Shown: piece after piece, positions 59,936 to 64,000 of the stretch
Numbering within the stretch: position 1 is the first letter of the stretch
How the letters are laid out: each line of letters starts with the position of its first letter
Origin: Mycobacteriales bacterium
Lineage (GTDB): Bacteria > Actinomycetota > Actinomycetes > Mycobacteriales > QHCD01
DNA length: 64,000 nt
Direction of reading: 5' to 3'
Assembly (NCBI GenBank): GCA_040414495.1
Contig: JBEDUI010000199.1
Location: 956-64,955, forward strand
Notes under the pieces: generated by a model
What the model was told of the DNA's origin: nothing
The model's input: the letters and a program-made list of their open reading frames with translations, nothing else
The model's database searches: none
Made by a program: the position numbers and the translations under genes

Positions 59936-61064
59936 GCCCCACGACCTGGATGCGGCCGCCGAGGTGATGCGCACCGGCGGACGGATCCTGATCCGTGGCA
60001 GCGGTACCGGGACCGATTGGGCCGGCCGACCATCCACTGTGGACACCGTGCTGCACACGAGCGGGCTGACCGGCGTGCTGGCCTACAACCCGGCCGATAT
60101 GACGGTGGCGGTCCGGGCCGGCACGACATTGCGCGACCTGCAGGACCAACTGGCCGAACACGGTCAGTGGATCGCCACCGACGCGGCCAGGATCGAGGCC
60201 GGGGCGAGTGTCGGCGGCCTGCTCGCGACGGCCGATTCCGGTCCCCGCCAGCATGTGTACGGGCCACTGCGCGATGTCGTGCTCGGCGTGACCGTGGTGC
60301 TGGCCAGCGGCGAGATCGCGCATTCGGGCGGTCATGTGATCAAGAACGTCGCCGGCTACGACCTGGCCAAGCTGTTCTCCGGTTCGTTCGGCACTTTGGG
60401 CCTGCTGGCCGAGGTCGTGCTGCGCACCCACCCGCGTACCGCGACCAGCCGCACCCTGGCCGTGCCGGCCGATGCGGCCGCCGCGTACCGGCTGGCGGGT
60501 GAGGTGCGTGACAAAACTGTCGAACCGACCGCGTTGAGCTGGTCCGACGGCCGGCTTCTGGTGCGGTTCGAAGGCACCGAGGCCGGCGTCGTACCGCAGC
60601 TGGACCGGGTCGCGCTGCCCGGCGCGGAATTGCTGGACGGCGAGACGGAAAAGGCCGCGTGGGCAGCCGATGCGGCGCTGGTACGTGGTTCGGCCGGCGA
60701 GACCGTGATCCGGGTCGGGGCGCTGCCGAGCCGGTTCCCCGATCTGGCCGAACTTGTCGACAAGCTCGCCGCCGAGCACGGTGCTCGGGCTGTCTTCTCG
60801 TCCTGGCTGGGCGTCGGGGTGCACACGATCGTCTTGCGCGGCGGCGATGCGGCGGCCCACGCCGGCGTACTCATCGGCCTGCATAACGGTTTTGCCGAAT
60901 CGGCCATCACGCTGCACCGCCGGGCCGACGGCGTCGACGGTCTGGCCCCCGCCTGGGGACCGCCACCGCCGGCGGTTGGCCTGCTGCGCTCGGTCAAACA
61001 GGCCTTCGACCCCGACGGGCGGCTGGGACCCGATCGGTTCGCACCGTGGCTGGGAGAGGGATGA
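59916..61064 (+). CDS. glcE: Glycolate oxidase FAD-binding subunit
   Basis: YNPADMTVAVRAGT, GGHVIKNVAGYDLAKL and VKQAFDP; lies between glcD and glcF. Confidence 0.9.
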   Translation: MSSNDSEPHDLDAAAEVMRTGGRILIRGSGTGTDWAGRPSTVDTVLHTSGLTGVLAYNPADMTVAVRAGTTLRDLQDQLAEHGQWIATDAARIEAGASVGGLLATADSGPRQHVYGPLRDVVLGVTVVLASGEIAHSGGHVIKNVAGYDLAKLFSGSFGTLGLLAEVVLRTHPRTATSRTLAVPADAAAAYRLAGEVRDKTVEPTALSWSDGRLLVRFEGTEAGVVPQLDRVALPGAELLDGETEKAAWAADAALVRGSAGETVIRVGALPSRFPDLAELVDKLAAEHGARAVFSSWLGVGVHTIVLRGGDAAAHAGVLIGLHNGFAESAITLHRRADGVDGLAPAWGPPPPAVGLLRSVKQAFDPDGRLGPDRFAPWLGEG

Positions 61065-62401
61065 GCAACGTACCGGATCCGTCGGTGACGCATTTCGACG
61101 CCGTACATCCGCCTTCGCGCGAATTACTGGACGACTGCGTCCACTGTGGATTCTGCCTGCCCACTTGCCCGACGTATCTGCTGTGGGGCGAGGAAATGGA
61201 CTCCCCGCGCGGCCGAATTCATCTGATGAATTTGGTCTCGGATGAGCAGGCGCCGCTGGATAACACGGTGGGCCAGCACATCGATGCCTGCCTGGGTTGC
61301 ATGGCCTGCGTGACCGCGTGCCCGTCCGGCGTGCAGTACGACAAGCTGCTGGAGGCGACCCGGGCGCAGGTCGAACGCAATGTCCCGCGTACCAAGCGGG
61401 ATCGGGCCTTCCGGCGGCTGATCTTCAGCCTGTTCCCGTATCCGGCCCGGCTACGGGTGGCGGCGTTGGGGGCGGTGCTCTATCAACGGCTGCGAATTGC
61501 AACGCTGCTGCGTTCGGTCGGGCTGATCGACCGGCTGCCGGGGCGGTTGCGGTCGCTGGAATCGCTGATGCCGCCGGTCCGTATCGGCGATTTAGTGCGC
61601 CGGGTTCCGCGTTCGGTCGCGGCTAGCGGCACGCCGCGACGCAAGGTCGCGCTGCTGACCGGTTGCGTGCAGCGGGTGTTCTTCCGCGACGTCAACGACG
61701 CCACGGTGCGGGTGTTGGCGGCCGAGGGTTGTCAGGTCAGCATTCCAGACCAGGGTTGCTGTGGAGCACTGTCGCTGCACGCCGGCCGGTCAGAGGAAGC
61801 GGCCGGATTCGCGCGGCGGCTGCTCGATTCGTTCGCACAGTCCGATGTGGACACTATCGTGGTGAATGTGGCTGGATGTGGGTCCTCGATGAAGGAATAC
61901 GGCTCGCTGTTGGCCGACGATCCGGCTTATGCCGCGCGGGCAGCAGCGTTTTCGGCCAAGGTCCGCGATGTGACCGAGGTATTGGCCGAATTGGAGCCGC
62001 AGGCGCCCCGACAGCCAATTCCGGGCCGCGTGGCGTATCACGACGCCTGTCACCTCGGCCACGCGCAAGGGGTACGGGCGCAGCCGCGCGCGGTGTTGCG
62101 GCAGATTCCGGAGCTTGAGGTTGTCGATATTCCGGAGGCGGAAATCTGCTGCGGCTCGGCCGGTATTTACAACCTCGTGCAGCCCGAGGCGGCCGAGGAA
62201 TTGGGGCGGCGCAAGGTCGCCAACGTGACATCGGTGGAGCCCGACGCGGTCGCCACCGCCAATCCCGGTTGCCTGTTGCAGATCCGTCGCTATTTCGCGC
62301 CGGACGGGATATCGACTCCGTTGTTCCATCCGGTGCAGTTGGTCGACGCGTCGATTCGCGGCCGGCGACCGTTCCGGGCGGCAACCGAGCGGACCGAGTG
62401 A
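61061..62401 (+). CDS. glcF: Glycolate oxidase iron-sulfur subunit
   Basis: CVHCGFCLPTCP, CLGCMACVTACPSG and two CCG domains. Confidence 0.93.
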   Translation: MSNVPDPSVTHFDAVHPPSRELLDDCVHCGFCLPTCPTYLLWGEEMDSPRGRIHLMNLVSDEQAPLDNTVGQHIDACLGCMACVTACPSGVQYDKLLEATRAQVERNVPRTKRDRAFRRLIFSLFPYPARLRVAALGAVLYQRLRIATLLRSVGLIDRLPGRLRSLESLMPPVRIGDLVRRVPRSVAASGTPRRKVALLTGCVQRVFFRDVNDATVRVLAAEGCQVSIPDQGCCGALSLHAGRSEEAAGFARRLLDSFAQSDVDTIVVNVAGCGSSMKEYGSLLADDPAYAARAAAFSAKVRDVTEVLAELEPQAPRQPIPGRVAYHDACHLGHAQGVRAQPRAVLRQIPELEVVDIPEAEICCGSAGIYNLVQPEAAEELGRRKVANVTSVEPDAVATANPGCLLQIRRYFAPDGISTPLFHPVQLVDASIRGRRPFRAATERTE

Positions 62402-62411
62402 GGAGCCTGAC

Positions 62412-63254
62412 GTGGCCACGAGGAAAGAGAAAAGGGTGCAGCCGGCGCCGGTCGCGAGGCTTGAGCCGGACGCGCACGCGGAACGAGCCGAGCGGGTCGA
62501 CAAGGGCGCCGTACAGTCGGTGGAACGGGCGCTGGATCTGCTCGAGGCGATTGCCGACGCGAGCAGTCCGCAGGGCCTTTCCCAGCTGGCCGCGGCCGCC
62601 GGGTTGCCGTTGCCGACCGCGCACCGGTTGATGCAGACGCTGGTACACCGCGGGTACGCGCGGCAGGAGCCGTCCCGTCGGTACACCCTGGGCGCGCAAT
62701 TGATCCATCTCGGCGATATCGCCAGCCGGTTGCTCGGGGCGTGGGCCACTCCGTATCTGGCCGAGCTACGCGATTTCACCGGCGAGTCGGCGAATTTCGC
62801 CATCCTCGACGGCAACGAAATCGTTTATGTCGCGCAGGCTCCGAGCCGGCACCAGATGCGGATGTTCACCGAGCCGGGCCGCCGGGTGTTGCCGCACTGC
62901 ACCGCGGTCGGCAAGGCACTCTTGGCCGAGCTGCCGCAAAATCGCGTACAAACGATTATCAGCCAGACCGGCCTGCCGGCGCGCACCAACCGCACGATCA
63001 CCGACCCCGAGGCGTTTCTCATTCATTTGAAGACCATTCACCGGCAGGGGTACGCGATCGACGAAGGTGAGCAGGAGGTCGGTGTGCGCTGCCTGGCAGT
63101 CAGCGTGCCGAATGCGATCACCCCGTCGGCGATTTCGGTTTCCGGGCCGGCCGCCCGGATGACCGCCGAACACGTCGAGCAGTCAATTCCCGTACTGCAC
63201 GAGGTGGCGACCAAACTGTCGATCAGCCTCGCCTCCGGCGACGCCCACCGCTAA
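62412..63254 (+). CDS. IclR family regulator (AllR-like)
   Basis: VQSVERALDLL, PTAHRL, MRMFTEPG, HCTAVGKA and GVRCLAV. Confidence 0.94.
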   Translation: MATRKEKRVQPAPVARLEPDAHAERAERVDKGAVQSVERALDLLEAIADASSPQGLSQLAAAAGLPLPTAHRLMQTLVHRGYARQEPSRRYTLGAQLIHLGDIASRLLGAWATPYLAELRDFTGESANFAILDGNEIVYVAQAPSRHQMRMFTEPGRRVLPHCTAVGKALLAELPQNRVQTIISQTGLPARTNRTITDPEAFLIHLKTIHRQGYAIDEGEQEVGVRCLAVSVPNAITPSAISVSGPAARMTAEHVEQSIPVLHEVATKLSISLASGDAHR

Positions 63255-63402
63255 CCGCTATTGCCCGGCCGCGCATCCTGTCCTTGCCCGATCCCCTGTT
63301 CACCCGCGATCCCTGTGCTGGCCCGCGATCCGCCTGTTGGGCCGCGATCCCCCGATGCCCCTGCTGGCCCGCGACGCCCGAACCCCGAACCCCGAACCCC
63401 CT

Positions 63403-63877
63403 GTTGATCATGAAGTTACCGACAGAATTGTCGGCGTGTCGTCGGCGTGTCGTGCAGCGAACTTCATGATCAACTCGACCCGTTGCTGCGCGGCGGTGTG
63501 CGGGCTGCCTGCGCTGGCCGAGTCGCGGCCCAAGTCGCGCGCCCGAGGCACGGGGCCGAGGCGCGGGCCGAGGCGCGCGCCCGAGGTGCGGGCCCGAGGC
63601 GTTGGCCGAGTCGCGGGCCGAGTCGCGGGTCTGCCTGCGCGAGTGGGCACCGGGCGAGCATGATCGTGAGTAGATTTGGTGCTGATTTCGGTATCAAATC
63701 CACTCACGATCATGAAAAACCGCGGCTGGGCAAGGCAATCAGACTTAACACGCACGACCGGTAATTGCCCAACCGCCCACGGTGAGTTCTCCACGAAACC
63801 GGCCCACCAGCGACCGATAGAGCATGATCGTGATGGCTTTCGTACGCATTTCGATGACGAAACCCATCACGATCATG
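63403..63877. repeat. REP-like hairpin cluster: type A (63403-63474), type B (63659-63714), type C (63823-63877), with interspersed short tandem repeats
   Basis: Same hairpin types as at 17.8, 19.3, 26.5 and 50.2 kb; about 12-nt GCCGAG-containing repeats at 63517-63630. Confidence 0.88.
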
Positions 63878-64000
63878 ACCGGAGGCGCCGTCGCGGACTC
63901 TCGGGCGTCGCGACCAGATCTGCCGACGCTAGGTCCGCACGGGCGCGGTCGATCCGGGGCGTCGGAATCAGATCAGCGGCGTCGCAACAGCTAGATCCGC

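Overview
This is a high-GC actinobacterial chromosomal window of mostly accessory and catabolic genes; I found no rRNA, tRNA or CRISPR array. Contents in order: SDR (partial); lon with an HspR HAIR operator; UBP zinc finger plus MFS; a TetR / PLP-aldolase / lactone-oxidase module; GH78 rhamnosidase; Ham1-like protein, threonine-synthase-like enzyme, AbgT and M20 hydrolase; LacI. A zinc-starvation island follows, with a Zn/Mn ABC transporter, SCO5389-family protein, HU, Zur, Zn-free L31 and L33, a collapsed MRF/CobW pseudogene and several Zur-like boxes. Next come a sugar epimerase, a fluoride riboswitch with two crcB genes, AlkZ-like/GH5/GH1 genes, and a LexA-box DUF222-HNH gene facing a second HNH remnant. 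A (hydroxy)proline-peptide catabolic cluster contains PucR, proline racemase, an Opp ABC transporter, DUF885, a prolidase-like enzyme and an S10 peptidase. A glycolate/glyoxylate cluster (aceB, malic enzyme, glcDEF, IclR) is interrupted by an 850-aa unclassified glycosidase-like gene. The most notable unexplained structure is a family of at least 10 REP/BIME-like hairpins with related TGATC(A/G)TG ends, clustered at five intergenic sites, some with tandem GACACGCC motifs in the loop. All functional calls come from motif recognition by eye; no database searches were run.
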